64,000 nt of DNA from Gemmatimonadota bacterium (lineage in GTDB: Bacteria; Gemmatimonadota; Gemmatimonadetes; Palauibacterales; Palauibacteraceae), in assembly GCA_046484665.1 (NCBI GenBank), contig JAWOIN010000069.1, forward strand, positions 7,114-71,113. The letters run 5' to 3'. Below the pieces are notes generated by a model. That model was not told the DNA's origin, did not search any database, and saw nothing but the letters and a program-made list of their open reading frames with translations. Below, piece by piece: positions 27,474-37,031 of this stretch. Position 1 is the stretch's first letter. Each line of letters starts with the position of its first letter. The translations under genes were made by a program, and so were the position numbers.

Positions 27474-28058
27474 ATGGGAGCCTTCGAGTACGTGACGGTG
27501 CTCGTGTCCATCGTGATCGGGCTCGCGATCACGCACCTGCTGAACGCACTCGCCGCCGGAGTGCACCGTCTTCGTGGACACGGAGAGCCCCTGCGCCTCG
27601 AGGCCGTCTATCTCCTCTGGGTCGGGACCCTCCTGACCTGGCTCGTCTCCTTCTGGTGGTGGGAGTTCAAGTTCCAGGAGATCGAGCCGGAGTGGTCGTT
27701 CGGCCTCTACCTGTTCGTGATCTCCTACACGGTGGCCCTCTTCCTGCTCGCGGCCGTGCTGGTGCCGAACCGCCTGGCCGGGGTCGTCGACTCGTAGGCC
27801 TACTTCCTGGACGGCCGGCCGTGGTTCTTCTGGGGGTTTCTGCTCGTCGTCGGCCTGGACACGGTCGACAGCTTTCTCAAGGGAGCCGACTGGGGTCTCC
27901 GCCCGATCTTCCTCGTCCAGTCTGGGGTGTTCGTGGCCGCGGCGCTCGCAGGGAATCTCTCCACCCGGTGGAGCGTCCAGCTCGCGATCGCGATCACCGC
28001 GTTCAGCGTGCAGATGGTGTACATGTTCCGCGAGGTGGGCGTCCTCGGCTCCTGGTAG
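27474..28058 (+). pseudogene. second copy of 17987..18571 membrane protein gene with premature TAG (27795-27797; TAC Tyr in copy 1)
   Basis: Protein collinear with copy 1 through ..AGVVDS-*-AYFLDGRPWFFWG..; reading frame continues to TAG 28056-28058. Confidence 0.6.
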
Positions 28059-28465
28059 ACGCCGGGCCACCCTCCCTTATGCAAACGCGGTCGCCGCGTG
28101 TCACTCCAGGATCTCGGCACGATCGGCGAGCTCACCGCGGCGGTCGCGACGTTGGCGACCCTGGTCGATCCGGCCTGCACATGAAAGGGTACCGCATGAA
28201 TCCCGCACGCCGTCGTCCGGCGATCGGACCATTCGGCGTCGGCCTCGCTCTCCTGGCGGGCCTGCCCCGCACGCTCCCGGCGCAGACCCCGGCCTCCCGG
28301 CACGGCGTCCTGGCCGCGGCCCGGGCGATCATGGAGGCGGCCCGCTTCTGCGCGCTCGTCACGCTCGACGACGCGGGCGCCGATACCTGACCGGCGGTCC
28401 TGCCGCGTCGGACGGATCCGGCTGCTGAGGCTGCCCGCTCGGGTCGCGGGACCCTGAACCCGCGG

Positions 28466-29521
28466 TCACTCCCGGTTCGCCCGCTCCAGCTCGAGAAGAC
28501 GCTGCTTCCGCCACAGGCCGCCTCCGTACCCGACGAGCCTCCCGTCGGCTCCGACCACGCGGTGACAGGGCACGATGATCGCGAGGGCGTTGTCGCCGTT
28601 CGCGGCTCCGACGGCTCTCACCGCTCCGGGTCGGCCGATCGTCTCCGCGATCTGCCCGTAGCTCCTCGTCTCGCCGTACGGGATCGCGCGCAGGGCGTTC
28701 CACACGGTCCGCTGGAAAGGGGTCCCGGCGAAGGCCAGCGGGACATCGAACGCGCGCCGCGCGCCGTCGAAGTAGTCCGCGACCTGCCCGGCGACCCGCT
28801 CCACGAGAGAGTTCGGGCCCGGGACGAAAGCCGCGCCCAGCCGGGACGCGATGCGGCGGACCTGGGTTTCGAGCGCCCTCCGGTCGACGAACTCGAGCAG
28901 GCACAGCGCCTCGTCCGTGGCGCCGATCAGCATCGGGCCGAGCGCGGTCCCGATCCGGTCGACGTGGATCACCTGTTTCCCGGCCGTCGCCGTGGGGCTC
29001 GCCCCGAACCAGCGCCGGAACGCCTCCTGGAATCCGCTGAGCGACCCGTAGCCGCTCTCGTAGGCCGCGCGCGTCACGTCCGATCCCTCCTTTACCGATC
29101 CGAGCGCCGACCCGAGGCGCCGGGCCCGGCTGTACGCATGGAACGTCATCCCGTGGTGCCGCCGGAACCAGCGGCGGACGCGCTCCGGGGTGAGCCCCCG
29201 CGCCCGGAGATCGGCGTCCGTCCAGCGACGGCTCGGATCCTCGTCCACCGCCCGCAGCAGAGGCCGGAGCCACTCGGGGGGCCGGTCCGCCTGTTCCATC
29301 GGTCGGCAGCGCCGGCAGGGGCGGTATCCCGCGACGAGCGCCTCGCGCGGCGACCGGAAGAAGGCGACGTGCTCCCTCCTCGGCTTGCGCGCCGTGCACG
29401 AGGGCCGGCAGAAGATCCCGGTCGTGCGGACCGCGGTGACGAAGATGCCGTCGAACGAGGCGTCCCCATCGAGGAACGCCTCCAGCATCACGGACTCCGG
29501 GGGAAGCGTGTGCGTCTCCAT
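28466..29521 (-). CDS. ada: bifunctional Ada: methylphosphotriester-DNA methyltransferase/AraC-type regulator + O6-methylguanine-DNA methyltransferase
   Basis: N-terminal Zn CRPSC..C..C and AraC HTH; C-terminal IPYGETRSYGQIA...IIVPCHRVV (PCHR active site). Confidence 0.85.
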   Translation of the reverse strand: METHTLPPESVMLEAFLDGDASFDGIFVTAVRTTGIFCRPSCTARKPRREHVAFFRSPREALVAGYRPCRRCRPMEQADRPPEWLRPLLRAVDEDPSRRWTDADLRARGLTPERVRRWFRRHHGMTFHAYSRARRLGSALGSVKEGSDVTRAAYESGYGSLSGFQEAFRRWFGASPTATAGKQVIHVDRIGTALGPMLIGATDEALCLLEFVDRRALETQVRRIASRLGAAFVPGPNSLVERVAGQVADYFDGARRAFDVPLAFAGTPFQRTVWNALRAIPYGETRSYGQIAETIGRPGAVRAVGAANGDNALAIIVPCHRVVGADGRLVGYGGGLWRKQRLLELERANRE

Positions 29522-29805
29522 GCCCTCGAAGATGGACGCCGCGTTCCCGGCCCGCCACCGAAATCCGGACGTCGAATCCGGACGAGGCGCTCCGCCCGGT
29601 CGAGTCTAGCGCACCGCCTCGCCGACTCCGGACCTTGACGGGAGGAGCGGGCGTTGCGAGTTCGGAACTCGAGCGTCCGGAGCGCCCGACGCTCTCGCGA
29701 CGTTACGCATCCTCGATGCGAAGACTTCTTTCGCAGGCCGGCGGACCGAGTCCGGAGCGGATCCGGGGCCACGGGGCCGGCGCACTCGTTCCGAGCGAGG
29801 CGGAC

Positions 29806-30183
29806 ATGCCCGATCCCGATCCGGTCACGGCCGCGACCCTGGCGGCGGTGCGCGACTTCAACGAAGCCTTCGGCCGGCACGACGTCGACGCGGTGATGGC
29901 GGCGATGACGGACGACTGCGTGTTCGACAACACCCGCCCGTCTCCCGACGGCCAGCGATTCGAGGGCCATGCCGCCGTGCGCGCGTTCTGGGAGCAGTTC
30001 TTCCTCCGCTCGCCCGCAGCCCGCTTCGAGACGGAGGAGATGTTCGCGGCGGGGGATCGCTGCGTCGTGCGCTGGGTTTACCACTGGGTGAGAGACGGCG
30101 AGCGCGGTCATGTCCGCGGCGTGGACCTGTTCCGCGTCCGGGACGGCAAGGTCGCCGAGAAACTGTCGTACGTGAAGGGATAA
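29806..30183 (+). CDS. NTF2/SnoaL-like protein (paralogue of 38158..38541)
   Basis: ~78% aa identity to 38158 product; both end SYVKG. Confidence 0.6.
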   Translation: MPDPDPVTAATLAAVRDFNEAFGRHDVDAVMAAMTDDCVFDNTRPSPDGQRFEGHAAVRAFWEQFFLRSPAARFETEEMFAAGDRCVVRWVYHWVRDGERGHVRGVDLFRVRDGKVAEKLSYVKG

Positions 30184-30203
30184 CGCGCTCGTGGAGACGT
30201 CGG

Positions 30204-30590
30204 ATGGCAGTCCGGATCGTAAGGCTGGGAACCGAGCGGCACATCGACGAGGGACTCCGGATCGGGACGGTGAGACGCCCGCCCCGGGGAGTTCCAAGGA
30301 GCGAGTTCGCCTCGGGGAACTGGTACGACGTCTGGCTCCCGAATCTGGCGCCCGGCCCGGAGCTCGTGAAAATGGGGCGGACCGCGGCGAGCGACGGGGA
30401 ATGGAAGGCGTTCCTCAGGAGGTACCGCACGGAGATGGCCGATCCCGAGAAGAGCCGGGTGCTCGACCTCCTCGCCGCCCTGTCGCACGAGGCGAACTTC
30501 TCGGTGAGATGCTACTGCGAAGACGAGGCGCGCTGCCATCGGTCGGCGCTCCGCGAGCTGCTGGCGGAGCGGGGCGCGCGAATCGCGTGA
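30204..30590 (+). CDS. DUF488 (YeaO-like) protein
   Basis: WLPNLAPGPELVK...WKAFLRRYRTEM..CYCEDEARCHRSALRELL typical DUF488. Confidence 0.7.
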   Translation: MAVRIVRLGTERHIDEGLRIGTVRRPPRGVPRSEFASGNWYDVWLPNLAPGPELVKMGRTAASDGEWKAFLRRYRTEMADPEKSRVLDLLAALSHEANFSVRCYCEDEARCHRSALRELLAERGARIA

Positions 30591-30627
30591 ACAGCCGTCT
30601 CGCCGGACCTGCCGGTCGGGGCGACGG

Positions 30628-31281
30628 ATGACGAGGCGAGACGCCCCGCTCCTCATCGCACTCCCGCTGGCCCTCGTCCTCGCCTGCGGAGAGCGTGGCG
30701 AGGGGCCCGCGGAGGAAGTCGACGCCGACGTCCGGGTCGTCCACGTCGGGGCTTCGCCGCGCGAGCGGATCGACGCACGCTGCAGGCTTCCGGTCGCGCC
30801 GGATACGGTCCGCACGGAGGGGGCCGCGGTCCTCCTCGTCTGGGAGCTGCGACTCGAGGACGTGTTCGATCAGCCGTTCCTCCCGGCGGACGAGGGGTTG
30901 CTCGCGTACCGGGCGGCGATCCGGGCGGACGGGGCGGACCTGAGGCGTCCGCTGGCCGACGAGCCGACTCCGGGCACGGAAGAGGAGGCCGCTCTGTGGG
31001 CCGACGAGCGATTCAACCACGAGCTCGCCCAGAGCGGCGAGGCGGGCAGCATCGCGCCGATCACCTGTCTCGATGCGATGCTGTTCGCACACCAGAACGC
31101 CCGGGTGCCCCAGCTCGAGCGTCCCACCGAGTTCCTGGCTTCCGCGCTGACGAGAGTGGTCGACGGCTCCACCGAGCTCGCGATCGTGTTCGGCGCCGGA
31201 GACGAGATGTTTTCGCCGAAATCCGTCTATGGCTTCGACGTCGTGGACGCGTATCGGGCCGACGGATGGCGCTGGGCGTAG
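30628..31281 (+). CDS. lipoprotein, unknown function; in-frame TAG at 31279 followed by 64 more in-frame codons with coding bias (to 31473)
   Basis: Lipobox LVLAC; downstream segment 31282..31473 keeps strong GC3 bias in the same frame. Confidence 0.45.
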   Translation: MTRRDAPLLIALPLALVLACGERGEGPAEEVDADVRVVHVGASPRERIDARCRLPVAPDTVRTEGAAVLLVWELRLEDVFDQPFLPADEGLLAYRAAIRADGADLRRPLADEPTPGTEEEAALWADERFNHELAQSGEAGSIAPITCLDAMLFAHQNARVPQLERPTEFLASALTRVVDGSTELAIVFGAGDEMFSPKSVYGFDVVDAYRADGWRWA

Positions 31282-31548
31282 GCGCTTCACAACCACACCA
31301 CGCAGCGGAACGGGGAGCGCCTCGCGCTCGGAGCTCCGGCGCTCAGCACCTCCGACGTGCAGCTGGCCCGCGGGCTCGCGGCCGGGCGCGGGCTCGAGAG
31401 CGCGCGTGTGACCAACGGCTTCTACACGTTCACGATCCCCGCGGCCGAGCTGGGACTGCTCCGGTCGCGCTGACCGCACGCGCGGACCACGGGCAGGCTT
31501 CCGGGTCACTACCGGTCCCGGCCGTTCCTGATGAGAAGGGACGACAGC

Positions 31549-32046
31549 ATGCCCCGGCTCCAGAAGATCACGACCTGTCTCTGGTTCGACCGGCAGGCCG
31601 AGGAGGCCGCGGAGCACTACGTGTCCATCTTCCCGAACTCCCGGATCCTCGACATCACGCGCTACGGAGAGGCCGGTCACGAGACCCACGGAATGCCGGC
31701 GGGCACCGTGATGACCGTGTCGTTCGAGCTCGACGGCCACGGTTTCACGGCCCTGAACGGCGGGCCCGTATTCCAGTTCAACGAGGCCGTGTCCTTCCAG
31801 GTCAACTGCGACACCCAGGAGGAAGTGGACCGCTACTGGAAGCGGCTCGCGGAGGGCGGTGACCCGAAAGCCCAGCAGTGCGGATGGCTGAAGGACCGGT
31901 TCGGCGTCTCCTGGCAGGTGATCCCGACTCCCATGATCGAGATGATGAACGATCCCGACCCGGAGAGGTCGAGTCGGGTGATGAGCGCGATGATGAAGAT
32001 GAAGAAGCTCGATCTGGACGAGCTGAGGCGCGCTCGCGGCGAGTGA
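31549..32046 (+). CDS. VOC-family protein (PhnB/3-demethylubiquinone-9 methyltransferase-like glyoxalase fold)
   Basis: KITTCLWFDRQAEEAAEHYVSIFPNSRI...VSWQVIP. Confidence 0.7.
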   Translation: MPRLQKITTCLWFDRQAEEAAEHYVSIFPNSRILDITRYGEAGHETHGMPAGTVMTVSFELDGHGFTALNGGPVFQFNEAVSFQVNCDTQEEVDRYWKRLAEGGDPKAQQCGWLKDRFGVSWQVIPTPMIEMMNDPDPERSSRVMSAMMKMKKLDLDELRRARGE

Positions 32047-32069
32047 AACGCACCCCGGAGGATGGCCTC

Positions 32070-32750
32070 GTGCGGAGAATCCTCGTATTCACGGGCGTTC
32101 TGGTCGTCGGCTTCGCGGCGTTCGCGGCACCGGCGATCCTGCTCCAGGTGGGCTTCGCCGGTGGCTACCGCGGTTCGAACCTCGCGGCCCTGGGCGTCGT
32201 GCAGCTGGTCCTGGTCGGAGCCGTCGTCGCCGCCGGACTCCGGATGCTCGGGCTGCGATTCTCCGACATCGGGTTCGCGTCGCGGCGATGGCGCCGGGAC
32301 GCGCTGCTCGGAGCGGCCGTGGCGGCGGCGTGGGCCGCCCTCCAGTTCGGCTGGCTCTTCCCCGCCACCGGCGGAGCGAGCCGGGAGGACATCGCGGGGA
32401 TCCTGGCCCTGGTCGACGGCAGGTGGATCAACGTGCTCTGGTACCTGCCGCTGGGGATCCTGGGAGGCGGCGTCACCGAGGAGCTGTACTTCCGCGGCTT
32501 CCTGATCACGGCGCTCCGGGACATCCTCGCGACGGTCCCGGGAGCCGCGGCGATCGCGGGTACGTGCTCCGTCCTGTTCTTCGCGCTCGGACACCTGCCT
32601 GCGGACTGGGTCGACTGGATGGACATCGTGATACCCGGCGCGGCGTACGTCGCGCTGTTCCTGGGCACGGGCCGGCTCACGGCCCCGATGTTCGCGCACG
32701 GTCTCTGGAACGCGACCGCCGTGGCCGGCATCCACCTGCTGTACGGCTGA
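32070..32750 (+). CDS. CPBP-family intramembrane metalloprotease (CAAX protease-like), GTG start
   Basis: EELYFRG and FALGH / HGLWN motifs. Confidence 0.7.
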   Translation: MRRILVFTGVLVVGFAAFAAPAILLQVGFAGGYRGSNLAALGVVQLVLVGAVVAAGLRMLGLRFSDIGFASRRWRRDALLGAAVAAAWAALQFGWLFPATGGASREDIAGILALVDGRWINVLWYLPLGILGGGVTEELYFRGFLITALRDILATVPGAAAIAGTCSVLFFALGHLPADWVDWMDIVIPGAAYVALFLGTGRLTAPMFAHGLWNATAVAGIHLLYG

Positions 32751-32766
32751 GGGAGGACGGAATCGG

Positions 32767-33030
32767 GTGGGCGACTACGGGAGCGCGCCTGAGTATTGCG
32801 ATCTCCTGTGCCGGGACGTGAAGGACTACGCCGCCGAAGCGCGCCGGATCCGGGCCGTCATCCTCGCCGCTCGCCCCGGCGCCGGTTCTCTCCTCGACGT
32901 GGGCTGCGGGACGGGGGCTCACGCCCGGGCGCTGAACGACACCGGCTTCCGCGTGGACGGCATCGACATCGAGCCGGCGTTCGTCGAGATCGCGCGCCGC
33001 CGTCGCCGCGACTCCTCGGCGGATCGATGA
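32767..33030 (+). CDS. truncated class I methyltransferase fragment (N-terminal ~85 aa only)
   Basis: LLDVGCGTGAHARAL..GFRVDGIDIEP then stop; no recognisable continuation in any frame. Confidence 0.4.
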   Translation: MGDYGSAPEYCDLLCRDVKDYAAEARRIRAVILAARPGAGSLLDVGCGTGAHARALNDTGFRVDGIDIEPAFVEIARRRRRDSSADR

Positions 33031-33414
33031 TGCCTCCAGTCGCCGCCCGACTTCCCGAGTCGACGCGCTCCGAACAAGGACCGACTGCCTGGACTCCGTT
33101 CTCGACGAGTAGAATCGACACCGGACTCGGAGCCCGGAACGGGCGGCGGGATGTCGCTCTCGGAGTGCCCGTCGCGACGGGGTGATCGACCGGATCGACA
33201 TTCTGATTCAGGCGCGGCGCACGTCGGGCATTGACCGTGCTCGAAGCCACTCGTAGCGCCGTTCGTCGCCCACGGTATCTTGAATACCATCGCGCAGGGC
33301 CGACCGCCGATCGCGGGCTTCGATGACCGGATGGAGAACTCGCCGATCGACGGACACGAGCCGGCGACGCGCGACCGATGACAGCCGCGATTCTGGTCTC
33401 GCAGGGAGGGCCGC

Positions 33415-33840
33415 ATGATCGGAGCACTGATGGCGAGGAAGGCGCTGGCGCATGCGTTCGATGCGTTGAACCGGCATGACCTGCCCGGGTTCATGTCGGC
33501 CTGGCGAGACGACGGGGTGTTCGTCTACCCGGGCGAGATACCCGAGAGCGGAAGGTTCGAGGGCAGGAGCGCCGTGGAGGGCTGGTTTCGCCGCTTCTTC
33601 GAACAGTTCCCGGAAATCCGATTCGTGCTCCGGGAGATCTGCGTCCGGAACATCTTCGACCTGGTGGGCACGAACGTCGTCGCCGTGCACTGGGACATCG
33701 AGCTGACGAACCGGGAAGGGCGCGTCGGGAGGAACAGCGGCGTGACCATCGTCAGCATCGAGCGCGGCAAGGTGTTCCTGGCAAAGGACTTCATCTTCGA
33801 CCTCGGCGACGCCTTCAGGCGAAACTGGAGCGCGGCGTAG
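33415..33840 (+). CDS. NTF2-like/SnoaL-like protein
   Basis: ORF track; ALNRHDLPGFMSAWRDDGVFVYPG pattern. Confidence 0.6.
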   Translation: MIGALMARKALAHAFDALNRHDLPGFMSAWRDDGVFVYPGEIPESGRFEGRSAVEGWFRRFFEQFPEIRFVLREICVRNIFDLVGTNVVAVHWDIELTNREGRVGRNSGVTIVSIERGKVFLAKDFIFDLGDAFRRNWSAA

Positions 33841-34307
33841 CGGCCGCGCGCGGGGCGCGGGCCGATCGGGCACAGCCACCGCAGCCGATCATCGCCCGCG
33901 TCGTCCTCGCGTGGGCGGCGGACTTGATTTCGGTGAGCGGTTCGGCCTTCTTCGCAGGAGGGAGGCGGGTGGTGTTCGGGTCGGAGCGGATGGTGTGGCC
34001 CGGGGCGCGCGTCCTCCTCGCGGACCGAGCGGCGATGCCCTCCGAATGCTCACGGCGACCCTGCCCGAGGATCCCGTCATCGCCGCTCCTCGACGGCGCC
34101 GGGCCGGACGGACCCGTCCGCGGCACCGTGAAGGAGCGGTACTTCTTCCGTCGGGGAGCGGGACCCGGCCGGGCTCTCGTCACCGAGGTACTGCGCCGGG
34201 TGGCGAAGAGCGAGGCGCTCCCGGGTGAGAGCGCCGGGCCCGGGCCGGTGTCGTCGACCGCGGCTTCGGCGAGGACGGCCACGCTTCAGGGTGGACGGGT
34301 GCACGCG

Positions 34308-34682
34308 ATGACGAACCGGAAGACGGTCAGCTCCGTCGACGAGTACGTGGCGGGATTTCCTCCCGGGACCCGGAGAGTGCTGGAGGAGCTGCGGGCCCTG
34401 ATCCGGACGGCGGCGCCCGAGGCGACGGAGACGATCAGCTACGCGATCCCCACCTTCGACCTGAACGGGCACCTGGTTCACTTCGCCGGCTACGCGAAGC
34501 ACGTCGGGTTTTATCCGACTGGGAGCGGGATCGCGGCGTTCAGGGAGGAGCTCGCGCCCTACAGGACCGGGAAGGGCTCCGTGCAGTTCCCCCTCGGCGA
34601 GCCTCTGCCCTCGGATCTCATCCGCCGGATCGTCGAGTTCCGGGTGGAGGAGAACGGGGGAGCGACGGGGAAGTGGCCGTGA
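34308..34682 (+). CDS. DUF1801 (YdhG-like) protein
   Basis: ISYAIPTFDLNGHLVHFAGYAKHVGFYP; ATG 34308 inside ORF 33924..34682. Confidence 0.7.
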   Translation: MTNRKTVSSVDEYVAGFPPGTRRVLEELRALIRTAAPEATETISYAIPTFDLNGHLVHFAGYAKHVGFYPTGSGIAAFREELAPYRTGKGSVQFPLGEPLPSDLIRRIVEFRVEENGGATGKWP

Positions 34683-35230
34683 GCACGTGCATCGCGCTGC
34701 TGCGCGGCATCAACGTCGGCGGCCACAACCGGATTCCGATGGCGGAGCTCCGCTCGCTGTGCGTCGAGCTCGGCTGGGAGGACGTCCGGACCTACATCCA
34801 GAGCGGCAACCTCGTGTTCTCGGCGCGCCGACAGCCCGTCGCCCTCGAGGCGGAGCTTCAGGAGGCGATCGAGCGACGCTTCGACCGCTCGATCCCCGTC
34901 GTCGTTCGTGCGGCGGCGGACTGGCGGGCCTGCATGAACGGCAACCCCTTCGAGGCGGCGTCCGAGAAGGAGCCCCATCTCGTCACGCTCGTGCTCTCGA
35001 AGTCTCCTCCGAGACCCGGCGCCCTGACGGAGCTCAGGGAACGCGCGGCCGGAGGGGAGCGCATCGCGCAGTCGGGGGATGCCCTGTGGATTCACTACCC
35101 CGTCGGCCTGGCACGTTCGAAACTGTCGCCGGCGCTGCTCGACCGGGTGATCGGCTCGCCCATGACCGCGCGAAACTGGCGCACGGTCCGTAAACTCGAC
35201 GAGATGGCTGACGCCGGCTCGCAGGAGTGA
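34673..35230 (+). CDS. DUF1697 family protein
   Basis: CIALLRGINVGGHNRIPMAELR signature. Confidence 0.7.
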   Translation: MAVSTCIALLRGINVGGHNRIPMAELRSLCVELGWEDVRTYIQSGNLVFSARRQPVALEAELQEAIERRFDRSIPVVVRAAADWRACMNGNPFEAASEKEPHLVTLVLSKSPPRPGALTELRERAAGGERIAQSGDALWIHYPVGLARSKLSPALLDRVIGSPMTARNWRTVRKLDEMADAGSQE

Positions 35231-36990
35231 CGATGATCCGACCGACCCGCTTCCTGACCCTGTCGGCCGTCCTGGCCGCCGCGTCCTGCTCCCCCGGCGA
35301 ATCCCCGCCGCCGGAGTCGGACCCGATCCGGAACCCACTTCGCGTCGCGCAGGAGTACGTGGACGGGTACTACCACCAGTTCCCCGAGGAGGCCTACGAG
35401 ATCGGCTATCCCGAGACGCCGATGGACCGGCTCGGCGACCGTGGACAAGCCGCGATGGAGGCCTGGCGGGCCCGCGAGGATGGCTGGCTCGCCGAGCTCC
35501 GGGCGATCGATCCGGCGGAGCTCGAGGGCACGGACGCGGTGATCCCGTACGCGTTCACGCTCGATCGGCTCGAGGCGTCGGTGGCGCGCAGGGTCTGCCG
35601 GACGGAGCTCTGGAACGTGAGTCCGACCTGGACCGGCTGGCAGAGCATGCTGGCCTCCACCTTCGCGCAGCAGCCGGTGGGAACGACCGAGGAACGCGCG
35701 GACGCGCTCGCCCGCCTGCGCTCCGTGCCCGCCTACCTGAACACGGAGGTCGAGAACCTCCGCGCCGGCTTGGCCGCCGGCTACCTGGCGCCGGCCTCGA
35801 ACGTGGAGGGCGTGCTGCGGCAGGTGGACGCGCTGTCGGCGGGCGACCCGGAGTCCTCCCCGTTCCACGAGCCCGCGGCGCGCACGGACGACGAGGCGTT
35901 CAGGAGCGACGTGCGGTCGATCGTCGACGACGGGATCCGTCTCGCGCTGGAGCGTTACCGTGCCTTCCTGGCCGACGAATACGAAGGACGGGAGCTCGTG
36001 GGCATCTCCGCGAACCCGGACGGGGAGGCCTGCTACATCGCGTCGATCCGCTTCCACACATCCCTCGATTTCGACCCCCGCGAGATCCACGAGACGGGCC
36101 TGCGCGAGATGGAGCGGATCCAGGCCGAGATGGCCGCGATCGCCCGGGAGAGCTTCGGCACCGACGACGTGAAGGGGCTCCTCGAGCGGCTCCGGACGGA
36201 CCCCGCCTTCACGTTCCGGTCGGAGGAGGAGGTTCTCGCCTTCGCCCGCGCCGCCGTGAAGCGGGCGCAGGCCGCCGTTCCCGACTGGTTCGGCTACGTG
36301 CCGGACGCGGAGATCGTGGTGCGGCCGTTCCCGGCGTACTTGCAGGCGTCGGGCGGCGGCTTCTACTCGGTCGGCTCTGCCGACGGCTCTCGTCCCGGGG
36401 TCTACGAGCTCGGCACGCACGAGCCCGAGTCGATCAGCCGGGTGGGCATGGAGGCGACGGCGTTCCACGAGTCGTATCCCGGCCACCACCTCCAGATGTC
36501 CATCGCGCTGTTCGGGGCGGGCGTGCATCCGGTCCTCCGCTACATCTACGTGCCGTCGGTGACGGAGGGCTGGGGGCTCTACGCGGAGCGCCTGGCCGAC
36601 GAGATGGGCCTCTACGGCTCCGCCGTCGACCGGCTCGGGATGCTCTCGAACGAGGCGTTCCGGGCCGCGCGGCTGGTCGTGGACCCGGGCATGCACGTGC
36701 TCGGCTGGACGCGCGAGGAGGCGATCCGGTTCATGCTCGACCACACGGCGGAGTCCCGCGGGGGAATCGAGTCCGAGGTCGACAGGTACCTCGCGGTGCC
36801 CGGCCAGGCCACGGCCTACATGATCGGCAGACTCGAGATCCAGCGCCTGCGCGCGAAGGCCGAGGAGCGGCTCGGCCCCCGGTTCGACGTCCGGGAGTTC
36901 CACGACGCAGTGCTCGCCGACGGCGCGGTCACGCTGCCCATGCTCCGTGAGGCGGTCGACCGCTGGATGGCGTCGCGGAGCGGGACGTGA
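35227..36990 (+). CDS. DUF885 family lipoprotein (putative Zn-peptidase-like)
   Basis: HESYPGHHLQ motif; lipobox AASC. Confidence 0.7.
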   Translation: MTMIRPTRFLTLSAVLAAASCSPGESPPPESDPIRNPLRVAQEYVDGYYHQFPEEAYEIGYPETPMDRLGDRGQAAMEAWRAREDGWLAELRAIDPAELEGTDAVIPYAFTLDRLEASVARRVCRTELWNVSPTWTGWQSMLASTFAQQPVGTTEERADALARLRSVPAYLNTEVENLRAGLAAGYLAPASNVEGVLRQVDALSAGDPESSPFHEPAARTDDEAFRSDVRSIVDDGIRLALERYRAFLADEYEGRELVGISANPDGEACYIASIRFHTSLDFDPREIHETGLREMERIQAEMAAIARESFGTDDVKGLLERLRTDPAFTFRSEEEVLAFARAAVKRAQAAVPDWFGYVPDAEIVVRPFPAYLQASGGGFYSVGSADGSRPGVYELGTHEPESISRVGMEATAFHESYPGHHLQMSIALFGAGVHPVLRYIYVPSVTEGWGLYAERLADEMGLYGSAVDRLGMLSNEAFRAARLVVDPGMHVLGWTREEAIRFMLDHTAESRGGIESEVDRYLAVPGQATAYMIGRLEIQRLRAKAEERLGPRFDVREFHDAVLADGAVTLPMLREAVDRWMASRSGT

Positions 36991-37031
36991 CGCGAGCGAA
37001 GCGGCGAGCCGTAATGAGAGGAGGGATCCCC

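Noticed and set aside
27795-31281. In-frame TAG codons (27795, 31279) as programmed read-through or pyrrolysine
   Set aside because: There is no Pyl machinery context, and one TAG corresponds to TAC in a paralogue. Nonsense mutation or sequencing error is the simpler explanation.
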